NCBI RefSeq assembly: GCF_963676685.1
Contig: NC_092346.1
Location: forward strand, 16,120,001-16,184,000
Length of the DNA stretch: 64,000 nucleotides
Reading direction: 5' to 3'
Source: Mytilus edulis
Lineage: Eukaryota
Shown here one piece after another: positions 23,222-35,171 of this stretch (within the stretch, counting starts at the first letter, position 1; the number at the start of each line of letters is the position of its first letter). The position numbers and the translations under genes were made by a program. Under the pieces are notes generated by a model, which made no database searches, was not told the DNA's origin, and saw nothing but the letters and a program-made list of their open reading frames with translations.

Positions 23222-26200
23222 CGTCCAATATGAACGGACGATAATATCAAACGTACATAAATAAAAATTTCAACGACGAGACTATACTAGAAAGTCTCAA
23301 AGTGAGAACGTCTTATTTTGTTGCCGCCGAAAGATAAACTGAGGAGGCCTTCACCCGGATGATCAATGTTAGATAGATGTTTGAAATCATCCAGGTGTTG
23401 CGAGTTATGAGAACGTTGTAAGGGAAATAATCCTTATGTATATTCCTTGACTGGTAAGTAAAAATATATATGATATATGATATAAAATCAGTGCACATGA
23501 CATGTTTGTTAACAATCGAATACTTTTTTATACGAACTTACCTTGGTGCCATTGTCACAACTTGATTTATTTCACTTTATTTCACTTGGCTGGGCGGAAT
23601 AATCGAATATGCGAAATTCATGAAATTATAGAGGATTTTGTATTTCGTAATTACCATTTTAAATATATGGAACATTATCAACGTGTAGAACGCTAGATGT
23701 GGGGTGTCGGCTATGTTTTACATGGTGGTGCGGTTATAAAACGGAGAAAAACGATAAAGGCAAGTTAAAGTATCAACATTTCTTGTTTGGGAATTGTTAG
23801 TACAAAATAATGTATTGCACCGAACCATAATCTATTTCCAGCATACAGAATTAGACATTTTCATTGGTCTGTTTTCTCAAACATTCTTCCTAGTTTTCCG
23901 TGTTGCAGATTTTTAGGCTTCATATGCAGGTTTTCAGGTAAACAACTACTTTTGACAATATGGTTTATAGAGAAATAAATTCATATCATGGAATGGTTTT
24001 AGATGGAAGTAACGCACAATTGATCAACTGACAGGTAATCGATCACAAATATATACGAGTACAACAAACGAACGTACACAATTTGGAGAACTTTTAAGGA
24101 ACTTTTAAGGAACGTAAACTAATTATGCACATTGGGGGCATGCTAAAAATTGTTATATCATTACATTAAATGCCTGTTGTTTGGATTATGGCACCTATCA
24201 ATGCAATAGCTCGTCCCTAATTGGCATCTGATTGCTGTGTTGTCAAAATCTGTGAACCGTATGTTTAGCTGATTTAATTCTTATGACAAAGATTTTAATA
24301 AAGTTTGCTCATTCTTGTTATCTGCTGGACAACACAAAAGAGTTTATAATTAACATTACAATATATAATACTTTAAAATTTTTACGAATCTGGGAATATT
24401 TAGGTAAATTTACGCGGGGTCAAATTTTCGCGTGTCCTTAGCTACAGCGAACAAAGCGAAAATTAAAAACACGCGAAAAAAACCCGATATACGGTAATAG
24501 ATAGAAATGTCAAAAAATTGATACATAAATAAAGACAATAGTAGGATACCGTTGTTCAAAAGTCATGAAACGATTGAGAGAAAACAAATCACGGTTACAA
24601 ACTAAAACCGAGAGAAACATATCAACTATAACAGGAAAACAACAAAACAACAGAACATGTGCTGCAAAAATGAAACTACAATGAAACATACATAGAAACG
24701 AACTATAAGATAACAACTGCCATATTCCTGACTTGGTACAGGACATTTTAAGAAGAAAAAAACGTGGGTACAACGTCAACATTGTGTTTTAATCTTAATC
24801 ACTATCAAAACAAACACATATGTAACAAAGAAACACAAAAAGGGTATACAGACAAAGCACAGACGCAAAAATAAAAGACGTTTATGTTGCTCGATTCCAA
24901 ACATTGTGAAGCATGAATTAAAAACCAATTGAAAATCCTTGAACTAAACAGTGGCGAAAAAAGCTGTGCCATATAACACTTTAGTTATCTATGCCTAAAT
25001 TTAAAGTCCTTAGTGTTCAATATAATATGATATTTAGTAAAAGTTCAGAAAATGTAAGTCACAATGATATTAAATGTCACTTAAAAAATGCTGTCTACTT
25101 GACTGGTGATAACTTCGGAACACCTCTTTCGATGATGTTTAGGTATAAATTAGATACAGACCAAAACCATTATAAAACTCTCAAATTTATCTTTAACGTC
25201 TAAGTTTTATAGTTTATTGTAAAACTGTGTCATATTTTTTCAAGGATTGCTTGGCCATTCCTATTTCGAGTTTTGTATCAGTTGACACTGAATACTTACA
25301 CAGTTATAGTTGAAGGGGCATTTGTTGTTAAATTCGTGCTCATCGATTTTAATAAGATTTTTATATTTGATTTATAACTTTATATCCGAATTATAAAAAA
25401 GTATAAATTAAACAATTTACATTGGACGAACTTGATAACATATATCAACATTTCGTATGTAATTTACTATTAGCATGTCGTAATGTTCTATTTGTTAATT
25501 TGTGTATTTCTCTGTCCTGAATGTTCTTCCGTTTATTTGTATATGTAGTCCTGTGATGTAATTTTGTCATTTTAGTGTTATATTTAACATTGCCATAAAT
25601 ACTGGAGGTTTAGCTAGCCACACAACCAGATTCAACCGAGCATTTTTCCTTAACATGTCCTGTTCCAAGTCAGGAAAAGGCAATTGCTATCTTATGATTC
25701 CTTTCCGCTTATATTTGATGTGTTTCCCTCAGTTTTAGTTTGTAACCCTGATTTGTTTTCTCTCATCGATTTATGACTTTATAACAGCGGTATACTATTG
25801 TTGCGTTTATTTTGTTCAACCATCGAGGTGACCTCCGAAGATTGCAGACAGTCATTTTACCCTATATAAACATAAATAGAGATATAAATAGAAAGCGAAC
25901 TCGTGTAACTGAATTTTTCTAACTCCGTTTGATTTCATACTATAGGTTAAACGTACATATTAATCATCGCGTATGAGAATAAGTTTTCTGGGATCGAATC
26001 AGTGAAATAATTGATTTATCCATGTTTATATTTTCATTGCTGACATTTTTTACGCTTAATAAATGAACACGTCTAATTCATGCGTAAACATCTGTAGCTA
26101 AGGGGTTAAATTGAAGGTCACATGCATACGGTTTCAATGACGTCAAATTATTTCTTATATCGTATTGTGACAAAAATTTAACCAAACTGTCTGCTTATAG

Positions 26201-27264
26201 CGAATTATTATTTGAATTTTTCACTGTCATTATTGATTAATAAAATCATTTTAATTTTTGTTTATTTCGTAGCTATTGCCTCCTTAAGAACCTTCACACA
26301 TCTTCATGTACGAAAATGTAGATACTGATAGATTGTCTTTAAGTGTATTAAATTATTAATACCTATTTAATTGTGTTATTCAAATACTAAACCAATTTCT
26401 TTTTGTGACCTGGAATTGCATTTAAAAATTCGTGTGACGTATTGACCTTACTGAATAGAGAAAACGAGTGTTGGCCTACATTGATCAAATTTGTAGATTG
26501 ATTCGTAATTATATTGTGTAGCTTTATATTTAAATTTCTCATTGAGTACAATAATGTTCAGGGATAGAGACATATAAGGTATGTTATTTTTTTACAATCT
26601 TTTTTCGATAAAGGAAATTCTGGAAAATTATCATTATATTTTTTCTGTTATTTTTAATTAAGTGAATACGATGGGTATACGCTATCAACAAACAACTTCT
26701 ATGTATAATGAACATGTCTATGTTGTACTATATACGTGAAATTATTTATGGGCTATTTTAACATCGAGATGACCGTGATGGCATTCAGATGTATTGCTAT
26801 CGCCTAGAATTGCACACGTAACTTTAGTTTTGGATTGTAATCGGTCTATAATAGATATAGGAAGATGTGGTGTGAGTGCCAATGAGACAACTATCCATCC
26901 AAATAACAATTTTAAAAAAGTAAACCATTATAGGTCAATGTTCGGCCTTCAGCACGCAGCCTTGGCTCACACCGAACAACAAGCTATAAAGGGCCCCAAA
27001 ATTACTAGTGTAAAACCATTCAAACGGGAAAACCAACGGTCTAATCTATATACTATTAGAATAAAAAAACGAGAAACGAGAAACACGTATAAATTACATA
27101 AACAAACGACAAATACTTTAAACATGATAAATACGCGGAAACTAACTAATGCAAACGAAAATCCCTTATTATCGTTTGCTATAAATACATCTCTTTAATG
27201 AATACAGATAAAAAATACTTTTGTTTAGAACCTAAATTAATCATATGACAATGTTTTATCGTTA

Positions 27265-27600
27265 GTCTAAACACCAACCCAACAATGTTAGATCTATAAA
27301 TTTGCTTTCGCAAATGTTTTGTTTTTCCCTCGCCGGGATTCGAACCCATGCTACTGAGATATCGTGACACCAAATCGCCTGCACTGTAACCGGCGGGCTA
27401 GACCACACGACCACCTGGGCTTCAGAAAATGAAGCTTTTGGTGGCCGGGTGTTACCTTTCCACGTCAGTTTTAATCTAGCGTCGTACTACAGTACATGAT
27501 ATATAAGGCATGAAGCTGTTATTTTTTACAGATCAGCTAAATCATCTATAGTAAAGGATCCTAGAAATTAATGTAAGATACAGTCACAGACATAATTATA
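27265..27600 (-). mobile_element. Truncated copy of the ~440-bp Pol III-box (tRNA-like) repeat unit
   Basis: Its reverse complement matches 30291-30627. It is cut just after TTTAGAC. Confidence 0.85.
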
Positions 27601-27608
27601 ACTATATA

Positions 27609-29014
27609 TGTAACACTCAAAAACCTGTCCTTCCCCCCAAACGTGTCCAAATCACGTCACTGAACTGTAAAACTTGTCTTGTTGCAAAAGGGCGCCAAAG
27701 CGTGTCATTTGTATAAACGCCCAAACGTATCCAATCCCCCAAACGTGTCCATATCAAGCGTAATTTGGTTATTGATATTTCATTAACGTATACTAATTTT
27801 ACCATTTCATTAAAATTAAAGATAAGCTACGTTAGTACTTTTTTAAACCGGCAGTATAAACTAAGTAAAAGTGGGGGCGACATTCCGGCTATGTCGTATG
27901 TAAATTGTAAGCAAATTAGTTAAATTGTATTATTACCTAATAAAGAGTATTGTACGGTTATCTGGTAAACTTTCCTTTCTCTGCGCATTAAAACATTTCT
28001 CTCTAAATATGCATGAAATACTGGCAACGGAACATTGCGCAATCAACAGTCTAAAATTAATTTAAACAGTAGAACTGCAAAAAACATTAAAACTTGTATG
28101 TTCTCTCTAAATATGCATGAAATACTTGCAACTGAACAATACGCAATCATTAGTTTAAAGTTAATTATTACAGTACAATTGTTAAAACATGAAAACTGGC
28201 AAAACTATTGTTCGCTCTTAATATGCACAAAGTACTTGCAACTGAACAATACGTAATCAACAGTCTAAAGTTTATTTATACAGTACAAATTAAATTTGCA
28301 ATTAAAACCGGGGTAAATCACATAACAATCATATTTATAAAAAAGAATCTATAAAACCAATGCATGACATATTTGGCACTGGACGTTATGTCTCTTTATC
28401 GTGTGTTTTTAGTGATGCTGGAAACCTTCAATTTATTAAAAAAAAAACAGATAACTAATTTATGATTTGATGAGCTTTTATAATACACACAAATTCAAAT
28501 GGAGAACCGTTGATAAAGTGAAAAAATGCTGCTGAAAGCCTGACGTAAAATAATTGGATAAATATAAAAGGCATCATCGGAGTTTATAAGTACAAATTAA
28601 TTTACAAAGTTAACGATTAATGCAACGCTAGAATTTTTCGTATGTTCGCTCTAAATGAGTATGAAATACTTGCAACTGGGCAATAAGCAATTTCAGTCAA
28701 AAGTTAAATCACAATTACAGATTAAATTTGGAATTATGTTAATCATTTAAAACCGGCATTGCACTAACTAATGCTAATAAATGACAACTTCATCACCTGT
28801 GTGCCCCATAATAAAATTGCCGTAAACGTTATCAGCGATTTCAATTTAGGAGATACATGTATTAGCGCTAACAGATGTGAGACGTGCTGGCGTGTTATAA
28901 TGGACACGTTATGGCGAATAACAATATTATCGGACACGTTTGGGGGTTTTGAAATCGGACACGTTTGGGGAGAATAGACACGTTTGGGGGAAGGACACGT
29001 TCGGGAGTGTTACA
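27609..29014. mobile_element. Non-autonomous TIR element in (TA)n with subterminal CCCCAAACGTGTCC repeats
   Basis: TGTAACACTC ... GAGTGTTACA termini flanked by TA, mirrored subterminal repeats, and an internal ~100-bp repeat (starts ~27997, 28100, 28210, 28643). Confidence 0.75.
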
Positions 29015-29025
29015 TATATATATAT

Positions 29026-29644
29026 GGTTCGAATCCCGGCGAGGGAAGAACAAACAATTTGCGAAAGCAAACAGATCTAACATTGTTGGGTTAATGTTTA
29101 GACGAGTTGTATATACATAATGTACACAGCCATGTATCACCATCACTGCTGGTGATCCGATGGATAAATCTGTTGTAAAGTTGTCACTGGCTCAGACGTA
29201 CTTATAAATATAATTATTTTCTGTGACTGTATCTTACATTAATTTTTAGGATCTTTTTCTATAGATAATTTAGCTGATCTGTAAGAATAACATCTTCTTG
29301 CCTTATATATCATGTACTGTAGTGCGACGCTAGATTAAATCTGACGTGGAAATGTAACACCCGGTCACCGAAAGCTTCATTTTTTTTATGAAGCCCAGGT
29401 GGTCGTGTGGTCTAGCGGGACGGCTACAGTGCAGGCGATTTGGTGTCACGATATCTCAGTAGCATGTGTTCGAATCCCAGCGAGGGAAGAACCAAAAATT
29501 TGCGAAAGCAAATTTACAGATCTAACATTGTTGGGTTGATGTTTAGACGAGTTGCATATACATAATGTACACAGCATGTATCACCATCACTGCTGGTAAT
29601 CCAATGGATAAATCTGTTGTAGAGTTGTCACTGGCTCAGACGTA

Positions 29645-29647
<3 letters not shown>
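29026..29647 (+). mobile_element. 1.4-mer head-to-tail tandem of the ~440-bp Pol III-box unit, flanked by (TA)n
   Basis: B-box GTTCGAATCCC at 29027 and 29468 gives a period of 441. Tail-to-head junction CAGACGTACTTATAAATATAATTAT at ~29200. Confidence 0.85.

Positions 29648-29694
<47 letters not shown>
29648..29694. repeat. (TA)n microsatellite (others at 30162-30185, 30727-30758, 35282-35299)
   Basis: Directly visible. Confidence 0.95.
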
Positions 29695-29696
<2 letters not shown>

Positions 29697-30724
29697 TACG
29701 TCTGAGTCAGTGACAACCCTACAACATATGTATCCATCGGATCGCCATCAATGATGGTGATACATGGCTGTGTACATAATGTATATAGTACGCCGCTAGA
29801 TTAAAACTGCATGGAAAGGTAACACATGCCCACCGAAAGCTCTTTTTTTGAGAGCCCAGGTGGTCGTGTGGTCTAGCGGGACGGCTGCAGTGCAGGCGAT
29901 TTGGTGTCACGATATCACAGTAGCATGGGTTCGAATCCCGGCGAGGGAAGAACCAAAAATTTGCGAAAGCAAATTTACAGATCTAACATTGTTGGGTTGA
30001 TGTTTAGACGAGTTATATATGAGGGAAGAACCAAAAATTTGCGAAAGCAAATTTACAGATCTAACATTGTTGGGTTGATGTTTAGACGAGTTGTAGAACC
30101 AAAAATTTGCGAAAGCAAATTTACAGATCTAACATTGTTGGGTTGATGTTTAGACGAGTTGTATATATATATATATATATATATAACTCTTCTAAACATC
30201 AACCCAACAATGTTAGATCTGTAAATTTGCTTTCGCAAATTTTTGGTTCTTCCCTCGCCTACAAATTAATGTAAGATACAGTCACAGAAAATAATTATAT
30301 TTCTGTGACTGTATCTTACATTAATTTGTAGAATCCTTTACTATAGATAATTTAGCTGATCTGTATCAATAACATCTTCATGCCTTATATATCATGTACT
30401 GTAGTACGCCGCTAGATTAAAACTGACGTGGAAAGGTAACACATGCCCACCGAAAGCTCTTTTTTTTGAGAGCCCAGGTGGTCGTGTGGTCTAGCGGGAC
30501 GGCTGCAGTGCAGGCGATTTGGTGTCACGATATCACAGTAGCATGGGTTCGAATCCCGGCGAGGGAAGAACCAAAAATTTGCGAAAGCAAATTTACAGAT
30601 CTAACATTGTTGGGTTGATGTTTAGACGAGTTGTATATACATTATGTACACAGCCATGTATCACCATCATTGATGGCGATCCGATGGATACATCTGTTGT
30701 AGGGTTGTCACTGACTCAGACGTA

Positions 30725-30727
<3 letters not shown>
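29695..30727 (+). mobile_element. Rearranged array of the same unit: inverted tail, partial copy, two re-primed sub-repeats, inverted pieces and a full copy (30291-30727)
   Basis: 29695-29787 is an inverted tail; 29786-30013 is a + copy; 30021-30093 and 30094-30161 are repeats; 30186-30296 is inverted; 30291-30727 is the full unit. Confidence 0.85.
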
Positions 30728-30760
<33 letters not shown>

Positions 30761-30924
30761 GTCTAAAAATAGCAACAATCAACATTCAATCTAATTAAGC
30801 GTGGATCAGTTTGTGAAAATAAACTGATACAGTTACTGAATTAAAATTATATAAATGTCTAAGAATATAACTAAAACACACTAATTGATACATTAAAAAG
30901 TTCTATTAGATGTTAAATAGAAAT

Positions 30925-30963
30925 ACGCAATATTTCGCTAAACAAATTAGCTTCATCAGGCGT
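30925..30963 (-). ncRNA. Minimal type I hammerhead ribozyme (PLE-associated)
   Basis: Reverse-complement copy of 35172-35210. Confidence 0.75.
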
Positions 30964-31179
30964 GTGCATCTCTCAAGGTGAAATCGGATGCATGACAGAA
31001 AAATATTTTTGTAGCTTAATCTATACAAGATTTGAGGGATGGGTGTAACATATTAATTCGGTCATAAAATATGTTTGTAGCTACAACTACATGAAGTTGG
31101 AATAAAAGTTTAACACATTTATAGATGTTCGATTAATTGTATGAATTTTTATAAATTAATTTGTATGATTTCAAGATAA

Positions 31180-32843
31180 CTATGGTTTTGATTTGCTTTG
31201 AAATCTTTTTTCGTCTCTCTCATTGAGTCCATCAGGTTCAAGAGTTCGTAACTGGTGCATCCAAAATCTCTCTCTTTTTTGTCTTCCTTGTGTATCCCAA
31301 TTTTGATTTTTCTCAATGATTTGAAATGTGATGTTTTCAAAATCATGTCCTGCTCTTAAAAGGTGTCTTGTAATTGGGCAGTTCCTTTCTTTTGTATAAA
31401 ATGACCGATGGTTATTTAGTCGGATGTTAAATGGGGTTTCTGTTTCACCAACATATTGTAATTTGCAAGTTCCACACGTTAGAACATAAATGCAATTTTG
31501 CGTTTTGCAATTTGATGTTATAAATATGTTGTAATTTTTCTTTGTGACTGTGCTGATGAACTGGGTTTCTATATTTGCGACTTTGCAGCACTTACAATTG
31601 CCCCTTCCGCATTGTTTATAACCTCCGATTGTTGATATCTCCCGTTTAGATACTTTGGATGATACTAGAATATCTTTGAGGTTTTTTGGTCTGCGGTAAG
31701 CCATAACGGGAGGTGATGGAAAAATCTCGCTTAAGGAAGGATCATTTTCAATAAGACGCCAGTGTTTGTGGACAATTGATGAAATATTTGTCAGATGAGG
31801 ATGAAAGCTAACCACAAACGGGATTTTATTTGTCTGGGCCGTCTTTTCTTTGTATTCAAGTAGGTTTGTTCGTTCTTTTTCGTTTGCTTTTCCGAAAGCT
31901 TCTGAAATACTTTTGTTCTTATAACCTCTTGATTTGAGTTGCTGTCTGAGTTGCCCTAAACGATGGTTTAACTTTGATTCCGATGAAAAAATCCGTTTTA
32001 ACCTGATGGCTTGGCTGTACGGAATGCTCCGGGAGCAGTGTTTCGGGTGACAACTCTTCGGAGAGAGAAATTGGTGTTTATCAGTTTTTTTGGTGTGAAG
32101 GTCTGTTGTCATGACTCCGTTTTCTAAAGTTATGGTGGTGTCGAGAAACGCAATTTTCTCATTTGAAACTTCAGATGTGAACTTGATCGATTGATGAAAG
32201 TTGTTACAGAAATCGAGAAATTCTTGCAGGCGTTCTGCAGTTTCGTTCCATTTGATGTCGATGTCATCAATATAACGGAGCCAAGACAAGGGTTTGTATG
32301 GTACATTCGAAAGGATGCGTTCTTCGAGACTCCCCATGAAAATGTTGGCAAAAGAAGGTGCCATTTTGGTTCCCATACTGGTACCGTCAACCTGCAAGTA
32401 GTGCTGGTCGTTGAATACAAAATTGTTGTTTTCAAGCACTAGTCTCAGCAACTGAACCAGACAGTCTGTTGGGGGATGTTTATCCTTACGATTGTTCCAT
32501 ACCTGTTCACAAGCGACTATTCCTTCATTTTTGGGAATATTTGTGTACAAAGAAAACACATCCATCGATACCAAAATTGTGTTGTTTGGTAAGGGGTTTA
32601 ATGAATCCATTTTCTTCAAATAATCTGTAGTATCTTGAATGTAAGATGGCATTGTTCTAACATGTGGTCTGAGATGGTAATCCACGAATTCAGATATTTT
32701 TTCGGTTGGATGGCCATTTGCAGATACTATCGGTCTTCCCGGAATCCCTTCTTTATGGAGTTTTGGGAGCAAGTAAAATCGACCGGCTGTGCAGGTTTCA
32801 TCAGGTCGTAGATAGTCGTACGTGTCGTCATCAATATGTTTTT
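31180..32843 (-). CDS. Penelope-like RT + GIY-YIG endonuclease, N-terminally truncated
   Basis: LPKLHK, GRPIVS, GTSMG, RYIDDI, IPYSQAIR, CGRGNCKCC and CIYVLTCGTCKLQYVGET motifs. ORF 31180..32772. Confidence 0.92.
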
Positions 32844-34955
32844 CGCCTAAAAGAACATTTTAATAGGCAACACAAAAAAACCTTACAAGAAGCCGGAATG
32901 AATGATTCGGAATATGAGAGTGATAAAGAGGACAAGTGCATCCCAAGATTTAAAAAGAAAAGCGAATGGAATCCACCAAGGAGTAAGAACGACAATTTAG
33001 AATCCTTTATATCATCAATTAAAACTGAAGTAAAATCATCAGTCAGTGGCAAACGTTTAAGGAATCTCTCTGAACAAGAAAGCCAGGCCATAAATAATTT
33101 AAAAAGCCGTGATGATATTGTTATTAAACAAGCAGACAAAGGAAGTGCAGTTGTAGTGATCAACAAAACCGACTACATTGAAGAAGGGAATCGTCAGCTT
33201 ATAAATACAAAATTTTACAAACATTTAGAAAGTGATCCTACAAAAGAAATAAGTAAACAAATTAATGAGGTCCTTTCAGACATGAACAGCAAAAAACATA
33301 TTGATGACGACACGTACGACTATCTACGACCTGATGAAACCTGCACAGCCGGTCGATTTTACTTGCTCCCAAAACTCCATAAAGAAGGGATTCCGGGAAG
33401 ACCGATAGTATCTGCAAATGGCCATCCAACCGAAAAAATATCTGAATTCGTGGATTACCATCTCAGACCACATGTTAGAACAATGCCATCTTACATTCAA
33501 GATACTACAGATTATTTGAAGAAAATGGATTCATTAAACCCCTTACCAAACAACACAATTTTGGTATCGATGGATGTGTCTTCTTTGTACACAAATATTC
33601 CCAAAAATGAAGGAATAGTCGCTTGTGAACAGGTATGGAACAATCGTAAGGATAAACATCCCCCAACAGACTGTCTGGTTCAGTTGCTGAGACTAGTGCT
33701 TGAAAACAACAATTTTGTATTCAACGACCAGCACTACTTGCGGGTTGACGGTACCAGTATGGGAACCAAAATGGCACCTTCTTTTGCCAACATTTTCATG
33801 GGGAGTCTCGAAGAACGCATCCTTTCGAATGTACCATACAAACCCTTGTCTTGGCTCCGTTATATTGATGACATCGACATCAAATGGAACGAAACTGCAG
33901 AACGCCTGCAAGAATTTCTCGATTTCTGTAACAACTTTCATCAATCGATCAAGTTCACATCTGAAGTTTCAAATGAGAAAATTGCGTTTCTCGACACCAC
34001 CATAACTTTAGAAAACGGAGTCATGACAACAGACCTTCACACCAAAAAAACTGATAAACACCAATTTCTCTCTCCGAAGAGTTGTCACCCGAAACACTGC
34101 TCCCGGAGCATTCCATACAGCCAAGCCATCAGGTTAAAATGGATTCGTTCATCGGAATCAAAGTTAAACCATCGTTTAGGGCAACTCAGACAGCAACTCA
34201 AATCAAGAGGTTATAAGAACAAAAGTATTTCAGAAGCTTTCGGAAAAGCAAACGAAAAAGAACGAACAAACCTACTTGAATACAAAGAAAAGACGGCCCA
34301 GACAAATAAAATCCCGTTTGTGGTTAGCTTTCATCCTCATCTGACAAATATTTCATCAATTGTCCACAAACACTGGCGTCTTATTGAAAATGATCCTTCC
34401 TTAAGCGAGATTTTTCCATCACCTCCCGTTATGGCTTACCGCAGACCAAAAAACCTCAAAGATATTCTAGTATCATCCAAAGTATCTAAACGGGAGATAT
34501 CAACAATCGGAGGTTATAAACAATGCGGAAGGGGCAATTGTAAGTGCTGCAAAGTCGCCAATATAGAAACCCAGTTCATCAGCACAGTCACAAAGAAAAA
34601 TTACAACATATTTATAACATCAAATTGCAAAACGCAAAATTGCATTTATGTTCTAACGTGTGGAACTTGCAAATTACAATATGTTGGTGAAACAGAAACC
34701 CCATTTAACATCCGACTAAATAACCATCGGTCATTTTATACAAAAGAAAGGAACTGCCCAATTACAAGACACCTCTTAAGAGCAGGACATGATTTTGAAA
34801 ACATCACATTTCAAATCATTGAGAAAAATCAAAATTGGGATACACAAGGAAGACAAAAAAGAGAGAGATTTTGGATGCACCAGTTACGAACTCTTGAACC
34901 TGATGGACTCAATGAGAGAGACGAAAAAAGATTTCAAAGCAAATCAAAACCATAG
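32844..34955 (+). CDS. Penelope-like RT + GIY-YIG endonuclease (uninterrupted, native N-terminus missing)
   Basis: RLKEHF, IVIKQADKGSAVVV, LPKLHK, RYIDDI, the Cys-rich linker and GIY-YIG-type CIY..YVGET..R..NH..E..GLN. The first 46 aa of ORF 32706..34955 come from the inverted arm. Confidence 0.93.
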   Translation, partial: RLKEHFNRQHKKTLQEAGMNDSEYESDKEDKCIPRFKKKSEWNPPRSKNDNLESFISSIKTEVKSSVSGKRLRNLSEQESQAINNLKSRDDIVIKQADKGSAVVVINKTDYIEEGNRQLINTKFYKHLESDPTKEISKQINEVLSDMNSKKHIDDDTYDYLRPDETCTAGRFYLLPKLHKEGIPGRPIVSANGHPTEKISEFVDYHLRPHVRTMPSYIQDTTDYLKKMDSLNPLPNNTILVSMDVSSLYTNIPKNEGIVACEQVWNNRKDKHPPTDCLVQLLRLVLENNNFVFNDQHYLRVDGTSMGTKMAPSFANIFMGSLEERILSNVPYKPLSWLRYIDDIDIKWNETAERLQEFLDFCNNFHQSIKFTSEVSNEKIAFLDTTITLENGVMTTDLHTKKTDKHQFLSPKSCHPKHCSRSIPYSQAIRLKWIRSSESKLNHRLGQLRQQLKSRGYKNKSISEAFGKANEKERTNLLEYKEKTAQTNKIPFVVSFHPHLTNISSIVHKHWRLIENDPSLSEIFPSPPVMAYRRPKNLKDILVSSKVSKREISTIGGYKQCGRGNCKCCKVANIETQFISTVTKKNYNIFITSNCKTQNCIYVLTCGTCKLQYVGETETPFNIRLNNHRSFYTKERNCPITRHLLRAGHDFENITFQIIEKNQNWDTQGRQKRERFWMHQLRTLEPDGLNERDEKRFQSKSKP

Positions 34956-35171
34956 TTATCTTGAAATCATACAAATTAATTTATAAAAATTCATACAATT
35001 AATCGAACATCTATAAATGTGTTAAACTTTTATTCCAACTTCATGTAGTTGTAGCTACAAACATATTTTATGACCGAATTAATATGTTACACCCATCCCT
35101 CAAATCTTGTATAGATTAAGCTACAAAAATATTTTTCTGTCATGCATCCGATTTCACCTTGAGAGATGCAC

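Larger units (their letters stand above)
18036..23488 (-). mobile_element. Full-length DIRS1-type tyrosine-recombinase retrotransposon (decayed)
   Basis: gag, RT, RNase H, methyltransferase-like and YR regions lie on the - strand. Inverted terminal repeats at ~18076-18222 and ~23313-23466, and an internal complementary region at 18268-18380. Confidence 0.95.
30757..32843 (-). mobile_element. 5'-truncated Penelope-like element, inverted copy
   Basis: 30848-32843 is the near-exact reverse complement of 33292-35287, plus a ~90-nt 3' extension ending in (TA)n. Confidence 0.95.

Noticed and set aside
19173-23264. Plus-strand ORFs within DIRS, and the antisense or alternate-frame ORFs within the PLE arms
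   Set aside because: They are shadow frames of the element ORFs with no independent motifs.
30414-30467. Weak resemblance to the 3' half of U6 snRNA downstream of a TATA element
   Set aside because: The ACAGAGA box and AGC triad are absent; only scattered short matches remain.
30423-30478. Hammerhead-like CTGACGT-GG...CC-GAAA-stem in the small unit
   Set aside because: The core deviates (CTGACGT rather than CTGANGA, CC rather than UH) and no stem I forms next to the would-be cleavage site.
30472-30566. Functional tRNA gene (Leu/Ser/Sec-like) in the repeat unit
   Set aside because: A and B boxes are present, but the acceptor and anticodon stems do not pair and the 5' half pairs with upstream sequence.
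32844-34955. Selenoprotein-type recoding reported for some Naiad PLEs
   Set aside because: The ORF has no in-frame TGA; the Cys positions use TGT/TGC.
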